Origin: Antedon mediterranea
Taxonomy: Eukaryota > Animalia > Echinodermata
Direction: 5' to 3'
Length of the DNA stretch: 64,000 bases
Assembly (NCBI RefSeq): GCF_964355755.1
Contig: NC_092680.1
Span: forward strand, 1,240,001-1,304,000
In this document: positions 25,201 through 40,200 of the stretch, piece by piece
Layout of the letters: each line of letters starts with the position of its first letter
Numbering within the stretch: position 1 is the stretch's first letter
Notes under the pieces: model-generated
What the model was told of the DNA's origin: nothing
The model's database searches: none
What the model saw: only the letters and a program-made list of their open reading frames with translations
Position numbers and translations under genes: made by a program

Positions 25201-28200
25201 AGAACAGGTCACAAAAATGTTACACCAATATTATAATGATATTACTTATACTTTCTGAATATATCATAGTAAATTTGGATGTCAGAAGATTCGCCTTATT
25301 TAATGTTACTTTATCTTATTGATGGTAGACAACACATAGGGTATAAACGTAGAAATAAAACTCACCAACAGTTCCCATAACCTTGTCTGAAATGTCTGGT
25401 TGGGCTAAAGCCAAACTCTTTCCAGAATCTTTAAGCGTTTCAATATCTTTTGTATGCAAGACAATATCATGGAGAAGTGTCTGTAAAAAACATGAATGTG
25501 TAAGCAAATTATATAGCCTTTATGTGTACGTTTTTAATTTTTCCTGTAACCACATAAAGTACACAATATTAATGGATAATCTCTGTAATGCCAACGCGTC
25601 TATATTCGTTTCGTTTCGTTGGAGCGAGTTCTCAGGAGAACAACATTGTTATCTATTATGTAATAGCAATAATATATTACTATACCTTGACTTGTTCCAT
25701 TTGTCTGGCAACTCCTTCAGGCTCCGTCTCGAGTGGTTCTTTGATAAAATTCGACACACTGCTATATGCGCCCTGTATCCATGGCAGCACCACATTTATC
25801 GAATCTGTATATTTATTGTGTTTGTTTATAAGTTCTTTGTGTAGTTTTAAACGTATTTGTAAACTAGCCTTCAAAGCAGTGTATCTTTCGTAGATGTCCG
25901 ATAGTTCGTTTTGGATCTGACGTGACTCTGGGAGTTCCGCATAACTATGATCCATATCAACACGTCGACGGTACTCAAAAATTCCATCTCGGAAATGCTA
26001 TTATTCGAACCAACATAGAAGAATACAAATCAGTAAGAAATTGATATAAATATATATATAATTATATATTATATTATATATGAATAATTTCATGTAAAAT
26101 AATGGACCGTTTCATTTCATTTATGTATTTGATTTTCAAGCAAGTGACCAAAAATACAAAATATAAACAATGTCAAGAAAAACAAAAGCAATCATTGAAA
26201 ATGATATTATAATGTCCTTATAGAGAAAGTAATTTCGACGATTATATTACCTTAAAAATATCAATATATCGTTGACTTGCTCTCTTTAAGAACTTCAAAT
26301 CTCCTTTCTGATCACTAATTTGTTCAACCAGACTATCCATATCTTGTAACTGGCGTTGAAGGTTCACGAGATCGTGACCCTTTGACCTCTCGAGCTTGTC
26401 TAAAGAGATCTCTGTTGTCTGCAACCATTGAAGGAAAGCATCACACTCTTCACGGTATCTCTGTAAGTCATCAAACCCGGATGTCAACTGGTTTAACCGT
26501 TTGTGTGATTGACTGCTAAGAGCTTCATAACGCTGCATTAGGTCGTTTCCGATGCCCAGATGTTTGGTATCTTCTTTGCGAATTTTGTCTCCGTACTGCC
26601 TGAGCAATAAATGAACATCTTCGAGATTCTGAACAACAGATGACCGCCTAGACACAATTTCACCATTCAGTGCCTGTAAAATCAATGTTGTCACTATTAT
26701 TTGATAGATTGTAGTATAAATAAGATACAAGATGTACGATAATTGCAGAAAGAATCAGTATTTTACAAAAATATTATAAAACATACGGTGTGTCGATCAA
26801 TCTGAGAACTGAGAGGTCTTAGTTGGTCAGCCATTGGTTGTTGTGATCCTAACTTCTTTTCCATTTGAGTTATCCAATCAACAAGATGGGTAAGTGATGT
26901 GGCTGAGTCTTCCAGCTTTCCTTTAATCAGAATCTGATAGATAATAATTATAAAACAGTTAAAACCAAAGGTAAATTGATAAAAAAGAACATGATGTAAA
27001 CAATTGAGATACTAGATAGATAAGCAAAATGAAAATGTGAAAGTAAACGTAAATATCCAGAGAGAAACTTATAAGGCAACAGAATATACATTTTATACTT
27101 CTGATTAATGAACATTACATCTTTGCTTACACGTATTAGGAAAGTTCTTTATTGGATCTTATACAACGCTAGAAATTAACACAGTATAAGTGTAAGAATA
27201 AGAATCCGTAGTTGCCCGGCAGTTCATTTTAAAAACATACCCTTTCGTCTTCAAGAATGCGTAGTTTTAACATATTTTCTTCTAACGATCTCTTGCCGTC
27301 GTTGAAGATCACTAACAGGTCGTTGTATTTGGTCTTAAGATCTCCACTTCTGTCGCTAACAGCATCATACTGCTCTTGGCTGAAATGCTCCCTCTTGTCA
27401 TGCAGTAACTTGTTGGCACTGTCGCAAGACTTATGTACTGGCAACTGTTGATCAAGTATCTCTTGATGGATATTCTGTCAAATTAAATTTCGGAAGTTAA
27501 TTTTCAAAATGATTTTTTTCTGTTGTGTGTTTAAAATGTGCTGTATACATTAAAACAACACGATGGTCTTTGCTTACCATTAATCTGTCTAAATCAGCTT
27601 GAGCACCGGTGATATCATTTGATAATTGCTTTGAATTTGATAATTTAGATTTTGTTTTCACAGTCCAACTGGTCAACTGATCAATTGGTAAAAGAACTCT
27701 TGCAATGTCTAGGTTCATTTCAAGTTCATTCTCCCTGTCTTCAAGAGAAACTGACAGCGATTTATAACGTTTGTTTATGTCGGCCATTTGCTGTTGTACC
27801 TCAGAATCGTCTATAAAAAAGATATATAACTTTCATAGTTTTCAATTATATACAGTTTGTTACACATAATAATAATAAAAATAGAAATTGAAATTAAGAA
27901 TATACCTTGGTGGTAAACTGATGTTTCTCCGGACGTTTTAGAGGAAAATAACGAACCGAATCTATCAAACATTGGTAATGACGTGATGAGAAGTGACGAT
28001 CGTCGGAATGAGCGGCCCATCATTGACGGCACGTCATGCATCAGTTCGTCTACTTTTGCGCCAGCAACATTTAACTTGGAGATTTTTGTCTGATAGTCTG
28101 CTACCTCACTTCTGAATGGCTGAAATAAAATATTGATTAATTAGTTATTATTATGATAACTGGCACATAATCTGCACATGTTCATAATGTATCAAGCTCT

Positions 28201-31200
28201 TTCGACTCGACAGTTGCGCAGTGGGTGTAATGAAAATTTCATAAATGTTTACAAATAGTTAATTGATAATTTGTTAGAATTCTCTCATTCGAAATGTTGC
28301 AGTTACCTTAATTGTATTAAGTTGTGCTTGTATGTCCTCCATAGTACTAGGCACACTACCAAGCTGGGCTTGCTTTCTCTCCATGCTGGCCAGCCACGGA
28401 ATAACCTCTTTTAATAAAAAGTTGTAGAGCCTCATCGCTTCGATTCTTTCCTCCACTAATAGTTTTCTATTGTTAGAATAAATTAGTAATATAATTATCA
28501 TTATATACAATAATTATGTTCAATTCAATTCAATTTTATTCGAGCACATAAATAACAATACAATAATGAACGGTTGTAATATAAACTTAAAAGTAAAAAA
28601 CAAAGCTCAGGATGACCCAATAAAACCTTACGGTTATTGGAGTGTATTTCGGATAAGTGGTATAGTATTGTCTCATTTTGTACATACCTAGAAGATAGTG
28701 TTTCTTTGAGCCCATTCCAATTATCGTGGATACTTTCCTGGAGCTCTACTACACTAGACGAGTCGGCAACGTCCTTTTCACATAACAGCTCATCAGCAAT
28801 ATCAATAACCGTTTTGTACTGAAGAGCAGATCTGTCTAATCCGGTTTCGGTTTTCTATATAATACAAATAAAAACTGCATAAAATTTTCTGCAATAAACA
28901 TTGTTTAGATTGTATATCTATTGTACATAGGCTTATTGTGTATTGATATTATACAAGGTCTATTTGTTTATAGCATATCACTAAAATGTACTAGTAGTTC
29001 GTAAGACTTACTTGTAGTATGCTCTGAAGTTCTAATAACTCTTTCTTATTAATATCCCCAGACTGCAACATCTCCAACTCTGGAAGAACCCAATCTTCTA
29101 CTTCATCTGCTTCCCTCTGCAAAAGATTTACTTTCTCCAGCAGTCGCTGAACAAACTCACATCTTTCCATAACGGGGCTTGAAAGCCTACTGTAACGCGA
29201 GTTCATGTCATCTAGTTTCATCTGAATGTTAGAAAGGGCGCTACTCCTTCCACTCTGAACAACGCTGGTAACATCACGATTAATGTTTGTCACAACGGAC
29301 TGCAGAGCAGTTAACATATTCTTCAAATTCTAGCAAGAAAAATATGCATGATAAAAGTGATTGCTGCTGTAAATGTAAAGGTTGGTATTATTGAAGGGAA
29401 AATCCTTTATATAATAATATTGTTCTCACCACATAATCTTGTAGAATGTTTGTAAGAGGTTCTTTCTTCAACACGATTGGAATCTGTCCAAGTCGTGCGT
29501 AGATATGCTCTGCGTCCTGAATTTGTCGCAAGAGGTTTTCAAGTCTTTCTCGAAGGCTAATGTTGCCACTTAGACTACTGGTAAGCTTCATCTTGTAGTC
29601 AGAAAGCTGGGCTTTTAGATCGTTGTACCTTTTGGTGACCGTTTCTAAAGTTGAAATTGAAATAAAGCAGGTAACAGACTATTGTATTATGTATGTGTAT
29701 AATAACCATATTCGCCCGGTTGTAAAGCGTATGATGCAATACATTGCCATGTGATTCGTAATCATGAGTATACTGATATTAGTCTAAGGAATAGTTGAAT
29801 ACCTAGATTCGTTTGTACACTCGGCTTGACGTCATCATGAACGTCATAGAGACCTCTTCCTGATTCCTTCAATCTGTCGACTTCTCTACCATGCAGAATA
29901 ATTGTGTCAGATACATCCTAGAGTAAACGGTTACAATATAAATTATATCAATATATTTTTATGATTATGAATGTTGTGAATAAGTCATTTGATGTATTTA
30001 GAACCGGTAGTGGATGCAAATCAGCACGTGGATTTAGTAAATATTATTGGTTGAATAAGTAGCCGATTAGCGTATAGTATCATGTCATATATTTGTATCA
30101 GGAGACGCCACGTGAGACGAAGTGTATCGAGTGAAATAGGTTACTCGGACTAATACCTTTACTCTGTCGATCTGCTCTTGATATTGACCTGGCTCTCCAG
30201 ACACTTCCTCTTTCACAAGTTTTTTGACAACATCAGTCATATCTTCTAACCATTCATGCATGAACCGAGATGATGACTGGTATATCTGCATCATATCAAA
30301 GATCTTCATCATCAGAGCCGTGTGAGCCTGACATTGTGATTTCAATTGCTTGTATCGATTGTTCAGTTCACCTAGTCTGTCAGACAATGTACTACTATCG
30401 ATGTGACCAGTGAAAGACGAAGAAAAATGACGGTTTTCTATAGAGTCTCGGAACTCTGCCAAAGCTTTCTGGTATTCCTGTGCACGAAATTTAACAAAAA
30501 TGCATGAAATGACATATTATTTATTTTATGTTTTTATAATAACTATTAGTCTGATCGATCCACATAAACAATTAAGCTTATTCAAAAGTCCTAAGTTACC
30601 TTTGAGAATGTTACAAAGTTGGAGCCTGCCAACGTGATAAACTTTAAATTGGCTGCCTGGCTTATAACATCTTCAGCAAATTCTTTCTGCTCTTCGCATT
30701 GTTGTTTAACACGATCAGCATCCACTCCGATACTTTTTATTGATCGATGCAACTGTCCAGTGGCTGTAGACATCCACGTTTCGAATTCTTCGACCTCTGC
30801 TAGAACTTGTTCCAGATCATGACGGGCTTGAAGAAGTTTGGTAAGACGTGAATTCGAATGGCTGCTAAGGCTGTTGTATCTAGATCTCAAGCTGGTGACG
30901 GCCTTCTGTAGGTTTTCGATGTCACTTGAGGTGAAATTGTCAAGCGCCTGTCGTAGAAAATGCTGGGCTTCCTGGCATGCTTCCAACACATCTTCCTGGT
31001 GACCTACTACCGACTCGTTGAATATCTGATGGTTAATATAGTTAGACGATTACTTAGTATATATAAGTTAGACGATTACTTAGTATATTACTTATAATAA
31101 AAACCGTCCTGTTAATTATTCTACTTTTCCACCCACGAAACATAACAGACCTTGTGTTGACTAAGCTGGTCTGACAATGACGTAACCTGCTCCGATAGCT

Positions 31201-34200
31201 GCTGGCCTAAACTCATTTGGGTTTCAGCCTGAGTTACCCAATCTAGTAACCCTTTGATATTCCCATTAATGGAATCATACTCTTCCTGCAGTTTTATCTA
31301 AAAAACAATTATGACATACATTTAGGTCTACTTTTGGTGTAACACATACTGCCTTATTTGGTTATACAAAGTCTTATGGGGGTATTGAAGCAAGTATGTA
31401 CATTGGCATTCCGTCTTTTAACCACCCTTTGAGACCAATCAACAGTAATTGTAATGAATAATCCATACCTGTTCATCATGGCTTAAACGTAAACTGTTGA
31501 GTGTTTCCTCTGCCTTCTTGTACACATCTCCAGATTTATGACTCAGAAGCTTGTATTGATTACGTAGTTCTGCAATTAGCTTCTGAAGATCATCGATTTG
31601 CGAGGCGTTTAATCGGTGACGTTTATCAGAAAGAAATTTCTCGGCACCATGAACAGAATCCAATATGGCTGCTTTCTTTGAGTCCACATCACCATGAATG
31701 ACCTTATTTTATAACATAGGAATTTGCAATGTAAGTTGTGGCAGTTCGAAAATTATAGTATCTTAACTTATAGGTTAAGCATATAGTAAGTGAAATAACA
31801 GTTGGATAAAGCGTGGTTCCCACTAGAAGGCAACACAATGCACGTATCGACACAAAGTGCTATATTGCGTAATCACAAGTGGAAACCGACGACGCAACAG
31901 TGCTGCAAACATCGAAAGCGGGGGCGAACATAATTATTGGTATGGAATTTTCTTATGTTGCGTAGGTTGCGTTACTTTGCGTCGTTACTGGAAATTGGAT
32001 GGGACAGTAGGGTGTGAGGGGATGAGGTGGGGTGGATTGAAACCGTAGTTGTACTAATCACATGTTACCTGATATGATTTGAATTCTCTATCTAGTTGGT
32101 TTATATCTAGACTTCTTGGCGCCGACTGGTTGACATGTGTGTCGACCTCTGTTACCCAATCGAGTAAATTGGTGAGATCTAGCTTTCTATCGATACACAA
32201 TTCGACGATATGTAGGAGATCAATGACGTCATCCAACTGTTTGGTCAATGAAGCATAGCGCTGTTCAATCACTACTACTTGTTGCTGGATTGGCGAATCA
32301 ACTATTTAGAAAGAATTGGTTAAACAAAACTTATGCAAATTTATAAATTCGCTGATATAAACGTATCATTCTGATTTTATATAGATATAAATTGATTTAC
32401 TATATGAATTATTTTGCTCCACCTAGTAACACCGTAGTTTGAAAAACAAAACCTGTTATCCAGGTTTCTGTTAAAATTCTTTGTACTGTAAAAAACTTGA
32501 TTGATTGGACAAAAAGTTAATATGCATATTCATTTTTAATATTATGCTTATTTAACAAAATGTACCTTCAGAGCTGATCATAGAATCATCATCATTCGAA
32601 GATCTCAGCTTCAGAGATTGTGTAATGTTACTTGTACTCATATACAAAGATCGGAATCTGGGTGGAATATGTAACTCAAGTGCTTCTTCTTGTGTAAGCC
32701 TATCTAGTATTTTCCCATATCGTGCGTAATCGTTAATGGTTGGTTTGTAGTTTAACACGTCACTTTGGAATTTCTGTTTGGAAAATAATTTCAAATTGTT
32801 AAAACCGTTGGTTTATTACATTTTACTGCTTTCGTAAAAACAGAATGTAGTATATAAATATCTATAGTATTCATGATGTAAACAGAATGTAGTAAATAAA
32901 TATCTATAGTATCATGATGTTCAGTTACGCACAAATAGCGAGCTGTCGTTCCGGGACGGTAGACGAAGCACAGACGTTTATTCGACGGAATAATGTACGA
33001 CATGCTTATGCGCATGCGGAGATTAATATTGTTTATCAATTCTGTATCTCCGTTTTGAAATGACAGCAACGCTATAATAGGCTCAAATCTCAACTATATT
33101 TCTCAACAAGGCGCAGGATCGTTAGTATTAGTTTAGTTTAGTAGGAATGTGATACATACCTTGGTATCTTCCAATTGATTTTTAAGCGTGTTCCTATCAT
33201 TGGGAAAAGGTATACGTTGTTTGACTTTGTACTCTGAGCTATCCAGCCAATGACCAACCTCCTTATACGCGTGATTATACTTCCTACTAGCTCTGATTCT
33301 ACTCTCTATTTGCTTGCTCCTAAGAAACATAATTAAATAAGTGAAACTTAAAACATAAACTGTAAATAGATAAAACATTATATATAGATATTACATATTA
33401 ATCATCTTCAATCAATCATTTATTAAAGTTATTAGAAAGGGTTTTCAAAAAAAGTAAAATACTACGTAGCCCTACCTCTTTTGCAGAAGATCATCAAGAG
33501 CTCTCCAGTTGTTGCCCACACTGGTAAGAACAGATTCCACATAAGACGTGTCACTAGCCTTAGGGTCCTGAATCAGGTGTTGCCCCAGACTGTGAATCTC
33601 TTTCAATTTATTTTGGTGAACGGATTGTTCTTGAAATAACTTCTAAAAGATAATATGTCATTAACATATATTAGTAAGCGTTATAATGTATTCCGTGTCT
33701 GAAACTAACTAACTAGTTGGAACCACGCTTTAGTACAGGTTTGAATTAAGTTTACAACATTGAGCATCAAAGGGTTTTATAGTAACCAAATAAAAATACG
33801 TACTTTGATTTTGTTTTCAGCTTGGCTGTAGTCAAGAGTTACCGCGGCCCATGAGTCTAACTCATCACAGACTGGAAGCACCCAATCTTCTAATTGGTCC
33901 ACTGATTTCTCAAATTCGTCAAGTCTTGCAATAAACTCGTCAACTACTTTTCCATGACGTTTGACAGAGTCGATTAGTTCATCATATCGGTTTTTGAATG
34001 TAGTGACCTTTGTCTGCATTGCTTTTGCAACCTGTGGCTCACTGTCTTTGATAATCTTTTCTGCCATGGCGTTAAAGGCTCGTATCGCTGACTGATGGCT
34101 CTCAATATCACCCTCTAGTGTCTTTAAAGCATTACAAATGGAACATGTTATTTTTCAAACACAATTACATAATTTTGTAAACAACTACTAAATAATAAAT

Positions 34201-37200
34201 TAGAATAATGATGCAATTAACAGATAGGCGTGTAATGTATTTATAAACGAACTAAATAAACCTGCACAAGCACCGCAGTCAAACAACGAATCATATGGCA
34301 TTACGCTTAAAGCGTGGTTCCCACTAGAATGAAACGCGGTGATGTATTGAGGCAAAGTGATGTATTGCGTAATCACAAGTGGGAACCGACGACGCAACAG
34401 TACTGCAAAAATCGCAGGTTTGATTTCACGCAGGCGGGGGCAAACACAATTATTGGTAGGGAATTTTGTTACGTTTCGTGGGTTGCGTTACGTTGCATCG
34501 CTAGTGGAAACCAAGCTAAAGTGCCGCAGTGTTTGTTTATTTTGTCATTATTAATATTATCATAATATGAAAATAAGAAGAAAAAATATATTGTTTTGTT
34601 TTATTTCGTACCTTAACCTCTTGAAGATTTTCAATAAGTGGAGGTCGTTTGAGTATCAACAGCGTTCCTTTTTCCATCTTGTAAACCTTTGCTTCTATAA
34701 GCTCCAGCCACTGCAACAGGTCATGATAGGTTTCCTGGAAGCTCTGTGACTGGACGAGGCCCTCGTGAAGCTGGGAACTGTAGGACTTTATGTCGGCATC
34801 AAGTGCATTGTATCGCCTAACCATGTCATCTATTAAAACAAAAAGGCGCTTCATAAAAGTATTCAACCAATGTCAACTGATAAAAACTATGCCTAAGTGA
34901 ACCAACTACAAAATTATAAATAAAAAATAAAGCAACGGTGCTGTTGTTTTCGAGATTATATGACCAGTTCATTATAGTACTCAAATAACAGCTCTTTATC
35001 GCAATCGTGTCTATATTTACCAAATCTCCTTCTTGCGCCAGGCTCCAGCTTAGGCTCCGCGTCACCAAGTTCTCGACAACACTCTTTACATTGGTCGATG
35101 TCTTGCAAGTGAGCCACTAAGTCCTCTTGCATTAACTATACGAATTAAACACACAAAAAAACAGTTAAATTTGCATAATGCTCTCTGAAATTCATGTAGG
35201 CTACAAACAAATTAATGACGGTTTAATTTCATTAGGCCTACTAAAGTGTGTTCTCTAATGAGAATGAAGTTTGAGTTTTAGAAACAAATTAGCAATTGGC
35301 TTTTCAGGAGCAATACATTACTTTTGTCAAATAAGCGAAATATAAATTTATTTTCCACAAAAATGTATTAAAATCAGGTGTTTAGGATACAATAAAATGA
35401 TTTAAATATATTGCACATTAATGTATCATAATATGTATCATAAAGCGTGGTTCCCACTAGAACGCAACGCAGCGACGTATCTACGCAAAGTGCTGTATTG
35501 CATAATCACAAGTGGGACCCGACGACGCAATAGTGCTGTAAACATCGATCGCAGGTTTGATTTCATGCAGGCGGGAGTAAACACACTTATTGAAAGGGCA
35601 TTTGCTTATGTTGCGTAGATTGCGTTACGTTGTGTCGCTAGTGGGAACCAAGCTTCTTATGAATAGTAAATACACTACTTGTAATTTGTTAGTCTGCTGT
35701 TGCATGTTTTGACCACTCCCACTTGATATCAATCTACGCAATGCTAATTCAGTCTCTTGTAGCCAGCGATGAAATTTATCTGATCGATCTTCAAACAACT
35801 GTTGCAGACCAATGACGTCACTCAATCTTGAGAGATGTTCGCTGCTTCCAGCTTTCAGGCGGTCGTAACGTCTCGTCACATTGTTCAAACGGTCATATAT
35901 TATTGTGAATCCGGGATAAGAAACTGACTGGAAGTCGTTTATGCTCGTTCTGAACTTCAATAGTGACTCTTCATAGTTCTGTAAAAATATTTATATCGAT
36001 TACATATAGTATTATGTAAACATGTTATTAATTATATTTGAGTAGAAATATATTCTGACCTTTGACATTTCTATAATCTTCTCTCCAGCCTTGATGATAA
36101 ACTTTAGGTCGGCCAAATGTGTGAGAACATCTTCATTAAACTCTTTGTGTTGAACATGCTGCTGGCGCATAGTGGAGAGGTCTTTGTTGACTGTTTTGAT
36201 GGACGTATCCAGATGCTGCTCAGCTACCGCCATCCAACGTTCAAATTCGGCAGTTTCTTCTTCGAATTTAGGAAGATCTTGAGAAGCTATCTGGAGTTGT
36301 GTAAATCGTGTTCCAGACTCGCCATTGACGCGGTTAAAGCGATGGCTTAATTCAGAGTTAAGATCAGTCAATTTATCAACTTCATCTTCACTGAGTCTTG
36401 ACTGATACTTTTGTAACATCTCCTGTGCATCTTTTATTGACTTTACAACTGGAGTCTGATGTTCTTGGATATCATCTAGCAGTTTCTAGGAGGAATTGAG
36501 GCAAAATACAAAATAAAATATGAACTCACGTCATTAGGACACTTGTGAATAAACAGCTTGCTTGTCTTGACAAGTTAGTAAAACAGAGTGGTTATTCCGT
36601 TTTTCTGTTGTCTTGGTCAATTTATTCGGTTTATTAGGCTTTTCCTGGTTTATTTTACATGAACTCTTTTCATTTTTACACTTTTGCTAAACAGTGCATA
36701 GAGAATATGTATTTTTGTGCTATATACATTTAAAACCATTAACCATTAAACAAAGCTGTTATGTAGAATACAAGAATACATCTAAACTGTTAATTAGCCA
36801 AGATACAGTTGAGATAAACACAATAGAAAACTTACTCTTTGTTTAGTGACCTGTCTCATAAGTGTGGATATTGAGCTGCCAATAGGGTCTTCACTCGCCA
36901 GGCTGTTCTCTGCTTTTTTTATCCAATCTAAGAGATCCTGTAGGCTCATGACTGCATTTCTATATTGCTCACTCAACATAGCCTATGTGGTAAAACACAA
37001 ATGTATAACTTATTAATTGATAACAGAGAAAAAGCGGTGTAAAATGTCCTAATCCGGAGTTGTTTTAAGTAACTTACAGAATCTTGCTGATTTTGCTCAA
37101 GTTCATCAAGCACAGTGTGTGAACTGCTTAACCATTCAGCGGCATTCTTCTTCAATTTTTCGTACATGATTCGAAGTTCACTGATGTGTTGTTGAAGTTT

Positions 37201-40200
37201 AGAGTAACATTCAGTGGTGAGTGTGTCATGGTTCTCTCGAAGAAACGTCTCTCCAGCGTTGATAACTTCCAGAATAGACGGATCTAGTTCGTCAACCTCC
37301 TTACTTACAATCTGTAAAATGCAATATAGGCCTAATAGTAAATTTCTGGTCAGTAAGATTTTTTCATGAATTTCTATAGATTTAATAATTCATTTCTTAG
37401 AAATAGAATCTAGTGATACTCAATAAAACAGTTTTGAGTCATAGGCTCTATTTGTTGTGATGTGCTAAAAAATGTAGTGATATTCCCAAATATAGTAGTG
37501 ATATTCCATATTCCATATATTCATATATGGGCATCACATTTTTTGTCACATAAAGTTTGATAGTGTGGACAGAGCTTTAAAAATACTTTCACTTTATCTT
37601 TTAGGTCTACTTATTTATTTTCCTCATTCTTTAGATAATTACCAAGAAAGCATCGATTTCGGCTGAAAGTTTGTTTAAATCTCTGCTCGTTGGCTTCTTC
37701 TCAGTAAGTCGTCTCAGAAGGGTTTCTATGGATAACTTGGTAGCGGTCACATCTTCCTGCTTGCTGAGCCATAGGCGAATTAAAGCAAGGTCCTCGATAA
37801 AACCAGATATTGTCCTCTTTAGCGCTTCATAGCGTCGATTTATTAAGGCAAGTTCTTTGTCGAATTTAGTCTCTCCCACATCTGTTGATCGAAAACAGTT
37901 TTAAATTATAATTTACATTTTGATCAAAACATATTTTAAATGGGTCTCAACCTAATTAACCAATACAATAGCACGTACAGTGAGTTATTAGTAGTTTTAG
38001 AAATAGATCATGCTACGATGAGATAATAAATATAAACTAACGATTCTTACCAAGAGCGCCATCTAGAGAATTAGAACTTCTAGCAATTGACCAACTAGGT
38101 TGTAGACCTTCTTCAACTTCGTCTGACTTTTGATGATGACTAGTTGCTATGCTCACTTGATGCTCTCTAAAGAGGTTGTTTAAGGTTGTCCCTAGATTGT
38201 TGATGTCATCAATCAGCTTCTCGTTGTCGCCAATTTCTTCCTGTGTTAGCTGAAATTGATAAGCAACCACATTTTTAATACACAAGAATGATGATGTAAA
38301 ACAAGAAAGAAGCTAATCATAAAATTGAAATATTTGTTCTTGTAATACCTTAAGTTGCTGGAGCTGCATGTCAACTGTATGTTGGTCTCTTGCCTTCAAT
38401 GTAATACTGTCAAGAGTATGTTGCATTCTGTCAAGCCATGACCGTACGTCAACTGCCATATTCTCATATCGCTTTTCTGTCAATTTACGCTGATCAAACT
38501 GTCCACGTCTAGAAAAAAAGGGGTGTTTTGAACAAAAATAAAGCAAGTTGCTGTTGTATATTACTCGGATGTGTACCAGTAGTATACATTTATGTTGTGT
38601 ATTCTTTGTGTATTAATCAACATTAAAACCATAAACTCTACAGAATGCACTAGTAATTTAGATCTACTTATGCCGTATTTTAATTTAAATCGTCATCAAT
38701 TGTAATGATGATTTACATAAAATAATAATCAATAACATTTTCTATATTTATATTTAATCCATCATAATTACCACCATTGGTATACTCATCATTATAAATT
38801 ATATCATCAATAATAACAAACGTCTTAAGATACCAACCTTGTAGCATGTGCGGCTTCTAAGAATGCCCAGTTATGTTTAAAGTTCATCATCATCGCCGAA
38901 AGCTGTGTGGTATTATTAGCGCGAGGATGATCAAACAATTCTCTTGCGAGACTCAGGATCTTCTGGTACTGTAGCTGCTGGCGATTTATATATTGAGCTG
39001 CCATCTTAAAAATTGGAAAATAAAGGATGAATGGCTGTTGTACTAAAACGGCAGTAATGGAAGATAATGACAATGCTGAGAATGTAAATTAGATAACTAC
39101 AAGAGATATACAAGAAGTTTACCTGCAACTTGGAATCCATGTCCGATAAGCTTAGTTCGGCAATGTCTTTTGCTTCAAGCTCTTGTAGTAATGGCAAGAG
39201 CCAGCTTTCAAACTTCTCGACTTCCAACTCAAGATCAACCAGTTTACTTGAAAACATCTGCAGAAGCTCTCCGTGCTTTTTCAAATTTGAAATCAGGTTG
39301 TTGTGTCTTCGCCGAAAATCGTCCAGTTTAGACTGGTAGATTGTGCGTTCTTCTGGTTTGGCCAAGTTGATGAGTTCTGATGTGGAACTAACCACTGCTT
39401 CTATCACGTCTTGATAGTCACTAACCTCTTTCTCAAATACCTAAAAATAGATTATAAAGTAAAAACATATAAGAGAATATATAGAGATAACTAGAGGATA
39501 CACGGTGAAACTGAAACAGTGCTGTCAATATGCTCTTGGGAAATTGGAAGGCGGGCCTACTAATATATGAATCATATAGTACAATACCCTGTATTTCTGT
39601 AATCTCGTTGAAAGTGGTTCCCTCTTTATCACAACCATTGTTCCTTTTTCCATCTCAAATTCCAGCTTCTCTTTTTCTTCCAACCATCGGATAAGGTCGT
39701 CTAGATGTTGGTTTTTGTCAAGACCTACTCTCAACCTGTGAATATGATCTAGGAGACTTGTCTCTAGTTCATTGTACCTCTGGACAATACCATCTACAAT
39801 ATCAATAAAATGGAGAACAAAAATAAGAAAGTAACCGTATTTAAGTATGCGCTCTCTGTCACACAAGAAAAACTCATCTATTTCAAACGAGACAAACAAG
39901 TTAGATAGACATAGATTTCGTTAAAAAAAATTAAAGATTAAAAAAATTAATTTCTTCCTTAGCAGCAAGCTATGGTAACCTAATTATTTTAAAATACTTA
40001 GTTTTTTTTTACCGATAGTTCTGTCCACTTCTTCTTTCATGACTTGGTGTGAATGCACCAGATACTTTCCGTCGTCTCTCAGTTGATCAATGTCTCTGGC
40101 GTGGTTTGTTACGTCAGCATTAAAGGCCTAAACAGACATTATGTTATCAATATTTAAAATAAAATAGTAGGCCTACTTTGATCATAGCCTAGAGGATTTC

